Positions 18,198 through 27,336 of a DNA stretch of 64,000 nucleotides are shown here, in pieces. The DNA is from Eubacteriales bacterium (GTDB lineage Bacteria; Bacillota; Clostridia; Peptostreptococcales; Anaerovoracaceae). Under the pieces are notes generated by a model that was not told the DNA's origin, searched no databases, and saw only the letters and a list, made by a program, of their open reading frames with translations. The stretch is from the NCBI GenBank assembly GCA_028692105.1, contig JAQUYC010000008.1:2097-66096 (forward strand), read 5' to 3'. The position numbers were made by a program, and so were the translations under genes. Within the stretch, counting starts at the first letter, position 1. The number at the start of each line of letters is the position of its first letter.

Positions 18198-18590
18198 TTA
18201 ATGAAAACGAGACCGCCGGATGTTGAGATATTTTGTAAAATAGGACAACGGAATACAAAGAAAGAACCACAATAAGGTATATGTTAGACAGATCTGCCCC
18301 AGAAAATTATAGTAATATCCTGAATAATCCCATACATTCCAGCCCAGCCAAAGGTTTATAATGCATCCTGCCGTCAGTTCGACAATAGTTATGATTAATG
18401 CTCCTACGAGACATTTTTGCCAAAGAGGAGCTTTTTCTTTTTTTGAATATATATTATATAGGATGACAAACACCATGCCTCCTGTTATCAGCATAGTCCA
18501 GTGTGTAAAACCGCGATACAGCGTTTCTAACAACCCGTAACCTACTGCTCCGATCAAAAATATTACATTATTAGTTTTCAATGTCTGCAT
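18198..18590 (-). CDS. Small polytopic membrane protein (putative ABC-transporter type IV / CmpB-like family)
   Basis: Four predicted TM helices and a WDYSGYYYNF motif. The start at 18590 (MQTLK) follows AAGGAG. The ORF track extends to 18704. Confidence 0.6.
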   Translation of the reverse strand: MQTLKTNNVIFLIGAVGYGLLETLYRGFTHWTMLITGGMVFVILYNIYSKKEKAPLWQKCLVGALIITIVELTAGCIINLWLGWNVWDYSGYYYNFLGQICLTYTLLWFFLCIPLSYFTKYLNIRRSRFH

Positions 18591-18738
18591 TTTATTGACG
18601 TATCTCCTTAAAATTCCGGTGCGTTTTCGCTGACTTATGTTTTTATTATTTGCACCTGCATATTGTTTATAGCTGGAAAAACTCATCAAAAGTGATATAA
18701 TCAATCAAAAACAAGGAAATAGTCCAGAGAGGAAAATA

Positions 18739-19338
18739 ATGGGGAAAATACATTTGATTCGGCATGGTACAACTGAGGCAAATCTTACAAAAAAATTTTA
18801 TGGAAGCACGGATTTGCCTCTTTCGAATAAAGGAATTAACATAATTTCGGAATATGCAGTAGCAGGAATTTATCCGGACGCAAAGGGTGCGACGTTGTAT
18901 ACGAGCGGATTGTTAAGGGCGGAACAGACTTTTTTCCTGATTTATGGCTGCAAAGATCATATTATTCTGCCTGAGCTTAGAGAATACCATTTCGGTGAAT
19001 TCGAAATGAAAACTCATGAACAATTGAAAGAAAATCCTGATTATCAGGCGTGGATTAATGATAAGAATGGTTTGACTTCGTGTCCAGAGGGAGAGAGCAC
19101 AACTGATTTCCGCATGAGAGTCAATGCAGGATTTGCAAAGGTATTGGAGAACCATAACAAGGAAGAAAACAGCAGTAGTAAAAGCATAATAGTATGTCAT
19201 GGCGGTGTAATTTCACTGATTATGGGCATTTGCTTTCCGGATGTAAAACAGAATATCTTCCATTGGCAGCCTGATCCGGGGAGGGGTTATACACTGAATC
19301 TTGTAGATGGCGAGGCCGTCTTATATGAGAAAATATAA
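18739..19338 (+). CDS. Histidine phosphatase superfamily (dPGM/CobC-like) protein
   Basis: RHG catalytic motif IHLIRHGTTEAN. Second catalytic His in IIVCHGGVI. SD AGAGAGGA. Confidence 0.85.
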   Translation: MGKIHLIRHGTTEANLTKKFYGSTDLPLSNKGINIISEYAVAGIYPDAKGATLYTSGLLRAEQTFFLIYGCKDHIILPELREYHFGEFEMKTHEQLKENPDYQAWINDKNGLTSCPEGESTTDFRMRVNAGFAKVLENHNKEENSSSKSIIVCHGGVISLIMGICFPDVKQNIFHWQPDPGRGYTLNLVDGEAVLYEKI

Positions 19339-19448
19339 TAAAAAATATTAATATAAATAGAATCGTTGAAAGATGTGAATCGGAATTCAATTTTAAGTAG
19401 CGCAGGGTTTTATTGTGAAGTTTTGCTCGAAATAATTTATATTACCCA

Positions 19449-19477
19449 TTGACTTTACCGCTCTAAAGCGTTATTAT
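19449..19477 (+). promoter_or_regulatory. Candidate sigma-A promoter of the his operon
   Basis: TTGACT - 17 nt - TATTAT, about 60 nt upstream of the hisZG start. Confidence 0.55.
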
Positions 19478-19539
19478 TATAACGTAATAAAATAATTGGC
19501 TCATTGCTTGCTACTCAATCAAAAGAAAGAGGATTCATA

Positions 19540-21222
19540 ATGAAAAAATATGACCGCATCACTCCGGAAGGTACTAAGGATCTACTGTTTCAGGAATGTG
19601 AAGCACAGAGGAAAATCATAGAAACGCTAAGAGACAGATTCGAGGAAAGAGGGTATCGCGAAGTCATTACACCCGGTTTTGAATTTTATGACGTGTTTTC
19701 TTCTAATTCGATGTATTTCCCACAGGAAAGCATGTATAAACTGATTGATAATAAAGGCCGCCTTCTTGCAATGAGGCCCGACTCGACAATTCCTATTGCC
19801 AGACTTACCTCGACTAAGCTTAAAGGGCATGAGCTTCCGATCAGACTGTATTACGCCCAGAGGATCTACCGCCAGCAGCCGGAGCTGAGAGGGAAAAGCA
19901 GTGAGATAATGCAGATGGGGATCGAGCTGGTTGGACTTTCCTCATTTGAATCCGATATTGAAATATTGACTGCAGGGATGGAAGCGCTGTCTTCATGCTG
20001 TGTAGATGATTTCAGAATTGAGCTCGGACATATAGGTATATATAAACTATTGATGAATAATCTTTCTGCCACTCCTGAACAAAAAGAGGCAATACATTTT
20101 CTTATTGCATCAAAAAATTATGCAGGGTTGTCGGATATTTTAGAGGCCTTTCCCGAGAATCATACGGTGGCATTGCTTAAAGAGCTGCCAAGATTGTTTG
20201 GAGGGAGAGAAGCATTTGAGAAAGCAAGACAGCTATTCAATGGCTATGATAAGAAGCTGTTAGACATACTGTCGTATCTTGAACGGATCTTCCAGGGGCT
20301 TATTGAGAGGAACTTTGATAAGGTAATGATAGACTTCGGTTTGGTACATCAAGCTGAATATTACAGCTCCCTGATATTCAGAGGGTATATTTCTTCGGCA
20401 GGAGAACCGGTCCTGTCAGGTGGAAGATACGATGAACTGTTTAAGGATTTCGGAGAAAATCTGCCTGCGACCGGATTTGGAATCAATGTGGATCAGTTGG
20501 CTATTAGTCTGCTTAAGGGAAGTGAGGCTAAAAGGCTGTCAAACAGGCAAGACGGGACTCTTACGCAGAGTAACGGAAAAATAAGAATTGCGCTGACTAA
20601 GGGACGGCTTGAAGACAGCATTGTGGATCTGTTCGAAAATATGGAGTATGATTGCAGCAATCTGAGTAAAAAGGGAAGAAAACTTCTGCTTTCAATACCG
20701 GGAAAGGATATTGAAGTGGTATTAGCTAAGGCGGCGGATGTCATTACTTATGTAGAACATGGAGTATGCGATATCGGGGTTGTGGGAAAGGACACCATAA
20801 TGGAGATAGGCGGAATCTTTTACGAGGTGTTGGACCTGGGATTCGGGAAATGTAAATTTGCTTTGGCTGTCTCTAAAGGATCGGATTTTTACAGCGGCTA
20901 CAGCACAAAACGCATAGCCACAAAATATCCGAAAGTCGCAAGAGCTTATTTTGAGTCAAAAGGAATGGATGTTGAGGTAATAAAAATAGAAGGTTCCGTT
21001 GAACTTGCCCCCCTTTTGAATCTGGCTGACGGAATCATAGATATAGTGGAGACAGGCGTTACACTGAAGGAAAACGGCTTGGAAGTAATTGAGGAGATAC
21101 GTGATATTTCGGCAAGGCTAATCGTCAATGTTGCCAGCATGAAGCTTAAGAAAACAGAAATCGATGAATTGATTTCGGATATATATAAAAGGATAAGAGG
21201 CAAAGATAAGGGGTTAAGATGA
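19540..21222 (+). CDS. hisZG: Fused ATP phosphoribosyltransferase regulatory subunit (HisZ) and short-form catalytic subunit (HisG)
   Basis: The N-terminal ~340 aa are HisRS-like without an anticodon-binding domain (RPDSTIPIARL, GGRYDELFKDFG). A ~25-aa linker follows. The C-terminal ~210 aa align along their length with short HisG (IRIALTKGRL..., ITYVEHGVCDIGVVGKD, RIATKYPKVA, IVETGVTLKENGL). It is one uninterrupted frame. The start at 19540 follows AGAGGA. Confidence 0.88.
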   Translation: MKKYDRITPEGTKDLLFQECEAQRKIIETLRDRFEERGYREVITPGFEFYDVFSSNSMYFPQESMYKLIDNKGRLLAMRPDSTIPIARLTSTKLKGHELPIRLYYAQRIYRQQPELRGKSSEIMQMGIELVGLSSFESDIEILTAGMEALSSCCVDDFRIELGHIGIYKLLMNNLSATPEQKEAIHFLIASKNYAGLSDILEAFPENHTVALLKELPRLFGGREAFEKARQLFNGYDKKLLDILSYLERIFQGLIERNFDKVMIDFGLVHQAEYYSSLIFRGYISSAGEPVLSGGRYDELFKDFGENLPATGFGINVDQLAISLLKGSEAKRLSNRQDGTLTQSNGKIRIALTKGRLEDSIVDLFENMEYDCSNLSKKGRKLLLSIPGKDIEVVLAKAADVITYVEHGVCDIGVVGKDTIMEIGGIFYEVLDLGFGKCKFALAVSKGSDFYSGYSTKRIATKYPKVARAYFESKGMDVEVIKIEGSVELAPLLNLADGIIDIVETGVTLKENGLEVIEEIRDISARLIVNVASMKLKKTEIDELISDIYKRIRGKDKGLR

Positions 21223-22535
21223 AAGTAATATATGCAGACAACAGGAAGGAAAAAGATTTTCTTAACGAGATTAAGCAAAGATCCGGAGAAATCAGCCTTT
21301 CAATAAGTGATATGGTTTTAAAAATCATAAACGAAGTAAGAGAAAAGGGCGATGAAGCCGTAAGAAGCTTCGGTATTAAATTTGACGGTGCAGCACCTGA
21401 TAGATTTGAAATAACTAAAGACGAACTGAAACAAGCATATGACGCGGCGGAAGATTCGTTAAAAAAGGCATTACAGCATGCCAAAGATAATATTACCGCC
21501 TATCATGAAAAACAACGCCGGCAGGGTTATGAAATAATAAAAGAAAACGGAGCAATACTCGGGCAGACTGTTCGTGGACTGTCACGAGTGGGGATTTATG
21601 TGCCTGGCGGTACGGCAGCATATCCGTCTACAGTATTGATGAATGCGATTCCGGCAAGGATTGCCGGAGTGGAGGAAATCATCATGGTAACACCCCCGAT
21701 GATTGTCAGCAAAACAGAGGGAAAGCCGGCATGCAAAGGTAACCCGGATATCCTTGCCGCTGCTTATCTGGCAGGTGTAGACAGGGTTTTTTTATCAGGC
21801 GGAGCTCAAGCGGTGGCTGCGCTCACATATGGAACTGAGAGCTTCCCAATGGTGGATAAAATCGTAGGCCCTGGCAATATTTTTGTGGCAACTGCAAAGA
21901 AACTGTTATTCGGGAAGGTTGATATCGATATGATAGCCGGGCCGAGTGAGATCCTGATCATTGCAGACAATGCGGCAGATCCAAGATATATAGCAGCAGA
22001 TCTATTGAGCCAGGCTGAACATGATCCGATGGCTTCTGCGATTTTGCTTACAAACAGTGAGGGCATAGCTCTGGACACATTAAAGGAAATCGAACATCAG
22101 ATAACAAATCTGAAACGAAAACAGATAATTGATAGATCCTTAGCTGATTTTGGAGCAGCGATCATCTGCAGGAGCATGGACGAAATGTTAACCCTTTCAA
22201 ACACTATAGCCCCGGAGCATTTAGAGCTAATGGTAAAAGAGCCATTGAAATATCTTCCGTATATCAAAAATGCGGGTTCAGTCTTCTGCGGTTCCTATAC
22301 ACCCGAACCTTTGGGCGATTATTTGTCCGGCACAAACCATGTTCTTCCAACATCCGGTACAGCAAGATTCTCATCTCCGCTTGGAGTTGACAGCTTTATC
22401 AAGAAGATGAGCTACACTTTCTATACGAAAGAAGCCTTGAATACGGATCGTGATGATATTCTTACACTTGCGGCTAAGGAAGGTCTGGATGCACATGCCA
22501 ATTCTATTAAAGTGAGGTTTGAAAATGACATATGA
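21219..22535 (+). CDS. hisD: Histidinol dehydrogenase
   Basis: Motifs GIYVPGGTAAYPSTVLM, IAGPSEILIIAD, SQAEHD and PEHLEL. The ATGA start overlaps the hisZG stop. Confidence 0.93.
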   Translation: MKVIYADNRKEKDFLNEIKQRSGEISLSISDMVLKIINEVREKGDEAVRSFGIKFDGAAPDRFEITKDELKQAYDAAEDSLKKALQHAKDNITAYHEKQRRQGYEIIKENGAILGQTVRGLSRVGIYVPGGTAAYPSTVLMNAIPARIAGVEEIIMVTPPMIVSKTEGKPACKGNPDILAAAYLAGVDRVFLSGGAQAVAALTYGTESFPMVDKIVGPGNIFVATAKKLLFGKVDIDMIAGPSEILIIADNAADPRYIAADLLSQAEHDPMASAILLTNSEGIALDTLKEIEHQITNLKRKQIIDRSLADFGAAIICRSMDEMLTLSNTIAPEHLELMVKEPLKYLPYIKNAGSVFCGSYTPEPLGDYLSGTNHVLPTSGTARFSSPLGVDSFIKKMSYTFYTKEALNTDRDDILTLAAKEGLDAHANSIKVRFENDI

Positions 22536-23589
22536 ACTGAATGACAAAGTAAAAAATCTAATACCGTATGATGCAGTGACGGGGAATTATCAGGTTCGTC
22601 TGGATGCCAATGAAAGTTTTCTGGATCCTATGGAGGCATTGAAAGAAGAATTTCTTTCCGCTGTAGCAGACGTTAAATTCAACAGATACCCGGATCCTAT
22701 GGCGGCGGGACTATGCGAAAAGTTTGCACGGCATTACGGGATAGATCCCGAAACTGTCGTACCCGGAAACGGATCTGATGAGTTGATTACAGTTATCATG
22801 GGTGCGTTTCTGAGACCGGGTGATAAGGTGCTCACTTTTGCTCCGGATTTCTCAATGTATAATTTCTACGGCCAGATTTATGAAAAAACCAGCATTGTTA
22901 TGCAAAAAAAGGACGATCTTATCCTGACGGCAGCTGATGTGATTGGAGCTGCAAATGATAACAAACCTGCAGCGATCATTCTTTCTAATCCCTGCAGCCC
23001 GACATCTCTGGTCATGAGCAGAGAAGATGTTCTGCACATTGTTAAGAACACTGAAGCATTGGTGATCCTCGATGAAGCCTATATGGATTTCTCCGATCAA
23101 TCCGTAATGAAAGATGTTGAAAAATATGATAATCTGATTCTGTTAAAGACTTGTTCCAAAGCACTGGGACTGGCGGCGATACGGCTTGGCTTTGCCATAT
23201 CCTCAAAACAGATTGTAAGGGCACTGCATGCCGTACGCTCTCCATATAACGTGAATGCAATGACCCAGGCCATAGGAAGTGTGATTTTCTCACATCCCGA
23301 ATATATCAACAAGTCGATAGAAGAAATCAAAAACGCAAGAGATTATCTCTATACATCGTTAATGCAATTTAAAGGAAATAAAGGCGTCAAAAGAGTTATC
23401 AAGCCTGATACAAATTTTGTCTTTATTGAGCTCCGGGATACAGCACATGTGCATGATGAGCTGAAAAAACGCTCCATCATCGTTCGTCAGCTGGGGGATT
23501 TCCTCAGAATAACCGCGGGAACAAAGAAAGAGAATGACGCTTTGATCCAAGCTCTTTCTGAAATATTAACATCTTGTGCAGATAAATAG
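22525..23589 (+). CDS. hisC: Histidinol-phosphate aminotransferase
   Basis: Class II aminotransferase with PLP-lysine context LKTCSKALGLAAIRLG. ATG at 22525 lies 7 nt after GTGAGG. The ORF track begins at TTG 22519. Confidence 0.9.
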   Translation: MTYELNDKVKNLIPYDAVTGNYQVRLDANESFLDPMEALKEEFLSAVADVKFNRYPDPMAAGLCEKFARHYGIDPETVVPGNGSDELITVIMGAFLRPGDKVLTFAPDFSMYNFYGQIYEKTSIVMQKKDDLILTAADVIGAANDNKPAAIILSNPCSPTSLVMSREDVLHIVKNTEALVILDEAYMDFSDQSVMKDVEKYDNLILLKTCSKALGLAAIRLGFAISSKQIVRALHAVRSPYNVNAMTQAIGSVIFSHPEYINKSIEEIKNARDYLYTSLMQFKGNKGVKRVIKPDTNFVFIELRDTAHVHDELKKRSIIVRQLGDFLRITAGTKKENDALIQALSEILTSCADK

Positions 23590-23607
23590 AGTTGTGGAGG
23601 TATCACA

Positions 23608-24186
23608 ATGAGAGAGGGATATGTAAAAAGAGAAACGAGGGAAACAAAAATTGAACTTACACTGAATATTGACGGCGAAGGTACAAGTCAAATCAACAGC
23701 GGGGTCGGATTCTTCGATCACATGCTTACTACACTTGCCGTTCATAGCGGCTTTGATTTAACACTTAACTGCAAGGGAGACCTCGTTGTGGACTGCCATC
23801 ATACAATAGAGGATATCGGCATCGCCTTGGGATCAGCTTTAGCGGACACTCTTGCAGATAAAAACGGAATAGCAAGATACGGAAATTCCATGATCCCTAT
23901 GGATGAAGCCCTCGCATCCTGCTGTATAGATGTTAGCGGGCGGCCATATCTAATATTCAATGTTGAATTTGGGGATTACCGCCTTGGAGATATGGATTAT
24001 GAAATGGTGGAAGAATTCTTTCGGGCATTTGCCATGAATGCCGGAGTTACTCTCCATATCAATCTGATTTACGGAAAGAATGATCATCATAAGACAGAAG
24101 CCATATTTAAAGCTTTTGCTCATGCATTAAAATCAGCAGTAAAAATTGAAGGTGATGAGATATTATCCTCAAAGGGCAGTCTGTAA
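23608..24186 (+). CDS. hisB: Imidazoleglycerol-phosphate dehydratase (monofunctional, no phosphatase domain)
   Basis: Motifs FFDHMLT, DCHHTIEDIGIALG and NDHHKTEAIFKAFA. At 192 aa there is no HAD domain. Confidence 0.93.
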   Translation: MREGYVKRETRETKIELTLNIDGEGTSQINSGVGFFDHMLTTLAVHSGFDLTLNCKGDLVVDCHHTIEDIGIALGSALADTLADKNGIARYGNSMIPMDEALASCCIDVSGRPYLIFNVEFGDYRLGDMDYEMVEEFFRAFAMNAGVTLHINLIYGKNDHHKTEAIFKAFAHALKSAVKIEGDEILSSKGSL

Positions 24187-24207
24187 GTCAAAAAGTGTAT
24201 TTAAGAA

Positions 24208-24263
24208 AACCGCCTTCTTTCAGAGGCTGCGCCTCAAAGGAGGTAATAGGTTTCACGGTTTTC
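24208..24263 (+). other. Nested stem-loop element in the hisB-hisH spacer
   Basis: The outer helix GAAAACCG...CGGTTTTC encloses CCTTCTTT-CA-GAGGC-TGC-GCCTC-AAAGGAGG. Confidence 0.45.
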
Positions 24264-24310
24264 GAGGAAAGTACTTTTTCACTTAAAAAAATACAAAAAG
24301 GAATAACAGA

Positions 24311-24910
24311 ATGATAGCTATCATTGATTATGGAGCTGGAAACCTTTTCAGCTTGAAAAACGCCTTGGATTTTCTGAATCTGAAAAATATAATAACAGCT
24401 TCACCTGAGGAAATGAAAGATGCGGATAAATTGATCCTTCCCGGTGTAGGCGCTTTTCCCGATGCCATGAGAATGCTTGAGAGATCGGGACTAAAAGAAA
24501 CAATCATTGAAGAGTCAGGGAAAAAGCCTCTTTTGGGTATTTGCCTGGGTATGCAGATTCTATTTGATTTTGGGTATGAATTTGAGAAGACGGTAGGCCT
24601 TGGGCTGATACCGGGAGAGGTAAAACGTATCAAGGCAGCCGGACTGAAAATTCCTCACGTAGGCTGGAACGATGTGAAAATTGAGAACGCATGTGAACTC
24701 TCAAAAGGAATAAAAAAAGGAGATATGTTTTATTACGTCCATTCTTTTAAGGCGGTGACTGAAAAAAAACATGTATCACTTAGCAGTGAGTACGGAGATT
24801 CAATTCCCGGTCTAATTTTTAAAGATAAAGTTTACGGAACTCAGTTTCATCCGGAAAAAAGCGGTGATATCGGGCTGAAACTGCTGAGAAATTTTGGAGC
24901 ATTAAAATGA
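24311..24910 (+). CDS. hisH: Imidazole glycerol phosphate synthase, glutamine amidotransferase subunit
   Basis: Class I GATase with GICLGMQ (catalytic Cys) and FHPEKS. Confidence 0.93.
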   Translation: MIAIIDYGAGNLFSLKNALDFLNLKNIITASPEEMKDADKLILPGVGAFPDAMRMLERSGLKETIIEESGKKPLLGICLGMQILFDFGYEFEKTVGLGLIPGEVKRIKAAGLKIPHVGWNDVKIENACELSKGIKKGDMFYYVHSFKAVTEKKHVSLSSEYGDSIPGLIFKDKVYGTQFHPEKSGDIGLKLLRNFGALK

Positions 24911-25010
24911 TAGATATTAATACCATCTGCTCAATTTGTGAAGCAAATTGATGGCGAATATATGAATTGATAGTGTCTAATGAAATAGTTGAGTAAATGG
25001 GAGAACAGAT

Positions 25011-25730
25011 ATGATAATTTTACCTGCAATCGATATAAAAGACGGACAATGCGTACGACTTACAATGGGGGATTTTGATACAGTGGAAAAGGTTGCAGAG
25101 GATCCGCTTGCAGCCGCTATGAGTTTCAGGGATGCAGGGGCTGAGTGGATTCATATGGTCGATCTTGACGGTGCAAAGGAAGGATGCCTTAGAAACAGTG
25201 AGATCTTCATAAGAGTTGCACGGAGTACAGGTTTGAAGGTGGAACTTGGGGGCGGAATACGTAACCTGGATAGTATCGAATATTATCTGAATCAGGGGAT
25301 TGCGCGCGTCATTATCGGCTCCGCAGCCATTTCTGATCCTGAAATGGTAAAGGATGCTGTAGAAAAGTACGGCGAACGCATTGCAGTAGGGATAGATGCC
25401 AGAAACGGAATGGTATCGGGTGACGGCTGGCTTTCTGAAAGCGGGGTCGACTATCTTACCCTGGCCGGGAATATGGAGTCTATTGGAGTGAAATATATTA
25501 TCTTTACAGATATCTCTAAAGACGGAACATTGTCCGGACCTAACCTTGATCAGCTGCGCAGGATAAATGAAGCTGTAAAGTGTAATATTATCGCAAGCGG
25601 CGGAATCCATACTATGAAAGATATTATCGATTTAAAAGAGATGGGACTTTACGGCGCGATTTGCGGAAAGTCGATCTATAAGGGAACATTGTCGCTAAAA
25701 GAGGCAATTGATTATAATAAAGGAGTTTAA
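25011..25730 (+). CDS. hisA: 1-(5-phosphoribosyl)-5-[(5-phosphoribosylamino)methylideneamino]imidazole-4-carboxamide isomerase
   Basis: [23 protein letters not shown] and IASGGI. Confidence 0.93.
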   Translation: MIILPAIDIKDGQCVRLTMGDFDTVEKVAEDPLAAAMSFRDAGAEWIHMVDLDGAKEGCLRNSEIFIRVARSTGLKVELGGGIRNLDSIEYYLNQGIARVIIGSAAISDPEMVKDAVEKYGERIAVGIDARNGMVSGDGWLSESGVDYLTLAGNMESIGVKYIIFTDISKDGTLSGPNLDQLRRINEAVKCNIIASGGIHTMKDIIDLKEMGLYGAICGKSIYKGTLSLKEAIDYNKGV

Positions 25731-25732
25731 TT

Positions 25733-26494
25733 ATGCTGGCAAAAAGAATCATTCCTTGCCTTGATGTGCGTGACGGCAAGGTAGTCAAAGGGATCAATTT
25801 TGTAGGAATCAAAGAAGTGGGCGATCCTGTGGAATGTGCCATTGAATATGGCAAACAGGGCGCCGATGAAATTGTCTTTTTAGATATCACAGCCACCCAT
25901 GAGGGGAGGGGCACAATGCTTGATGTCGTCCGCAGAACGGCACAAAATGTATTTGTACCGTTAACTGTAGGAGGAGGTATCAGAAGTACCGATGATTTTC
26001 GGGAATTGCTTCTTGCAGGGGCAGATAAGGTTTCTGTCAATTCGGCAGCGATACGAAATCCGGCTATTATCTCTGAAGCCGCCTTAAAATTTGGGAGCCA
26101 ATGTGTAGTTGCCGCAATTGATGGCAAGAAAACAGCAGAGGGCAAGTATAATGTCTATATCAACGGCGGCAGGATCGATACCGGTCTTGATGTTGTTCAA
26201 TGGGCGATGGAAGCAGAACGACTTGGAGCCGGAGAGATTCTACTGACTTCAATGGACGCAGACGGAACAAAAGAAGGTTTTGATATCGATATGCTTAATG
26301 CGGTCTGCAATGTGGCAAATATTCCGGTCATAGCATCAGGCGGATGTGGAAATCTCTCGCATTTTACGGAATTATTCCAAATGACGTCCGCTGACGCAGC
26401 GCTTGCAGCTTCAATATTCCACTATGGAGAGCTTACAGTAGGCCAGGTTAAAGAAGAACTGAAAAAAAACAGAATTCCTGTTCGGATACTATAG
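25733..26494 (+). CDS. hisF: Imidazole glycerol phosphate synthase, cyclase subunit
   Basis: [24 protein letters not shown] and IASGGCG. Confidence 0.93.
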   Translation: MLAKRIIPCLDVRDGKVVKGINFVGIKEVGDPVECAIEYGKQGADEIVFLDITATHEGRGTMLDVVRRTAQNVFVPLTVGGGIRSTDDFRELLLAGADKVSVNSAAIRNPAIISEAALKFGSQCVVAAIDGKKTAEGKYNVYINGGRIDTGLDVVQWAMEAERLGAGEILLTSMDADGTKEGFDIDMLNAVCNVANIPVIASGGCGNLSHFTELFQMTSADAALAASIFHYGELTVGQVKEELKKNRIPVRIL

Positions 26495-26510
26495 AAATGG
26501 AGAGCTTAAA

Positions 26511-27248
26511 ATGGATTTAGAGAAATATTTTGCGAAATCTTCCTTGATTCCGGCAATCATTCAGGACAATGACACTAAGAAGGTGCTGATGCTTGCATAT
26601 ATGAATGAAGAAAGCCTGAAAAAAACCATTGAAACCGGTTATACCTGGTTCTATAGCCGTTCAAGAAGCGAGTTATGGAATAAAGGAGCAACCTCCGGAC
26701 ATGTTCAGAGAGTTATCAGCATTACGGGGGACTGTGACGATGATACGCTGCTGATTTTGGTAGAACAAACAGGTCCCGCATGCCATACGGGGAACGAATC
26801 CTGTTTTTATAAGGAAGCGGGCATTGCGGATTTCCGCACAAAGGGAAAAATGAAAGAGTCACCTGAGTGCGGTGATAGTGAACAAATTTCAGGTGATGAG
26901 GCTCTTAGGGAACTCTATAAGGTGGTTTTAGAACGACAAAAGACATTCAGTGAGAACTCTTACACCTGTTATCTTTTCGAAAAAGGTCTGGATAAAATTC
27001 TGAAAAAATGCGGAGAAGAATGCAGTGAAGTCATTATAGCGGCGAAAAACGCCGCTGCTTTGGATGGTGAAATGCGGTATGAAGCTCAGATGGAAACAAA
27101 AAATGAAATTTGTGACCTCCTCTATCATTTGACGGTCTTGATGGTAAATGAAGGAATTGAGCTTGATGAAATCAATGAAATACTAAAGCAGCGCAGCCGA
27201 AAAATCGGCAACTTGAAAACATTTCATAAATCAAATCATAATAGTTAA
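26511..27248 (+). CDS. hisI: Bifunctional phosphoribosyl-AMP cyclohydrolase / phosphoribosyl-ATP pyrophosphatase
   Basis: HisI half (IPAIIQD, WFYSRSR, CDDDTLL, CHTG..SCF). HisE half ([20 protein letters not shown]). Confidence 0.9.
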   Translation: MDLEKYFAKSSLIPAIIQDNDTKKVLMLAYMNEESLKKTIETGYTWFYSRSRSELWNKGATSGHVQRVISITGDCDDDTLLILVEQTGPACHTGNESCFYKEAGIADFRTKGKMKESPECGDSEQISGDEALRELYKVVLERQKTFSENSYTCYLFEKGLDKILKKCGEECSEVIIAAKNAAALDGEMRYEAQMETKNEICDLLYHLTVLMVNEGIELDEINEILKQRSRKIGNLKTFHKSNHNS

Positions 27249-27291
27249 AAAATTAAAACTTTACGTGAACATTAAATCTCCCTTGAATATT

Positions 27292-27316
27292 AAAACCCGG
27301 TTATAACCGGGTTTTT
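27292..27316. terminator. Bidirectional terminator (his operon / birA)
   Basis: AAAACCCGG-TTATAA-CCGGGTTTTT. Confidence 0.7.
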
Positions 27317-27336
27317 GATGAATTTAATACTTTTAT

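Noticed and set aside
25020-26145. 196-aa and 173-aa minus-strand ORFs antisense to hisA and hisF.
   Set aside because: They are fully embedded in strongly supported his genes, with no SD and no recognisable motifs.
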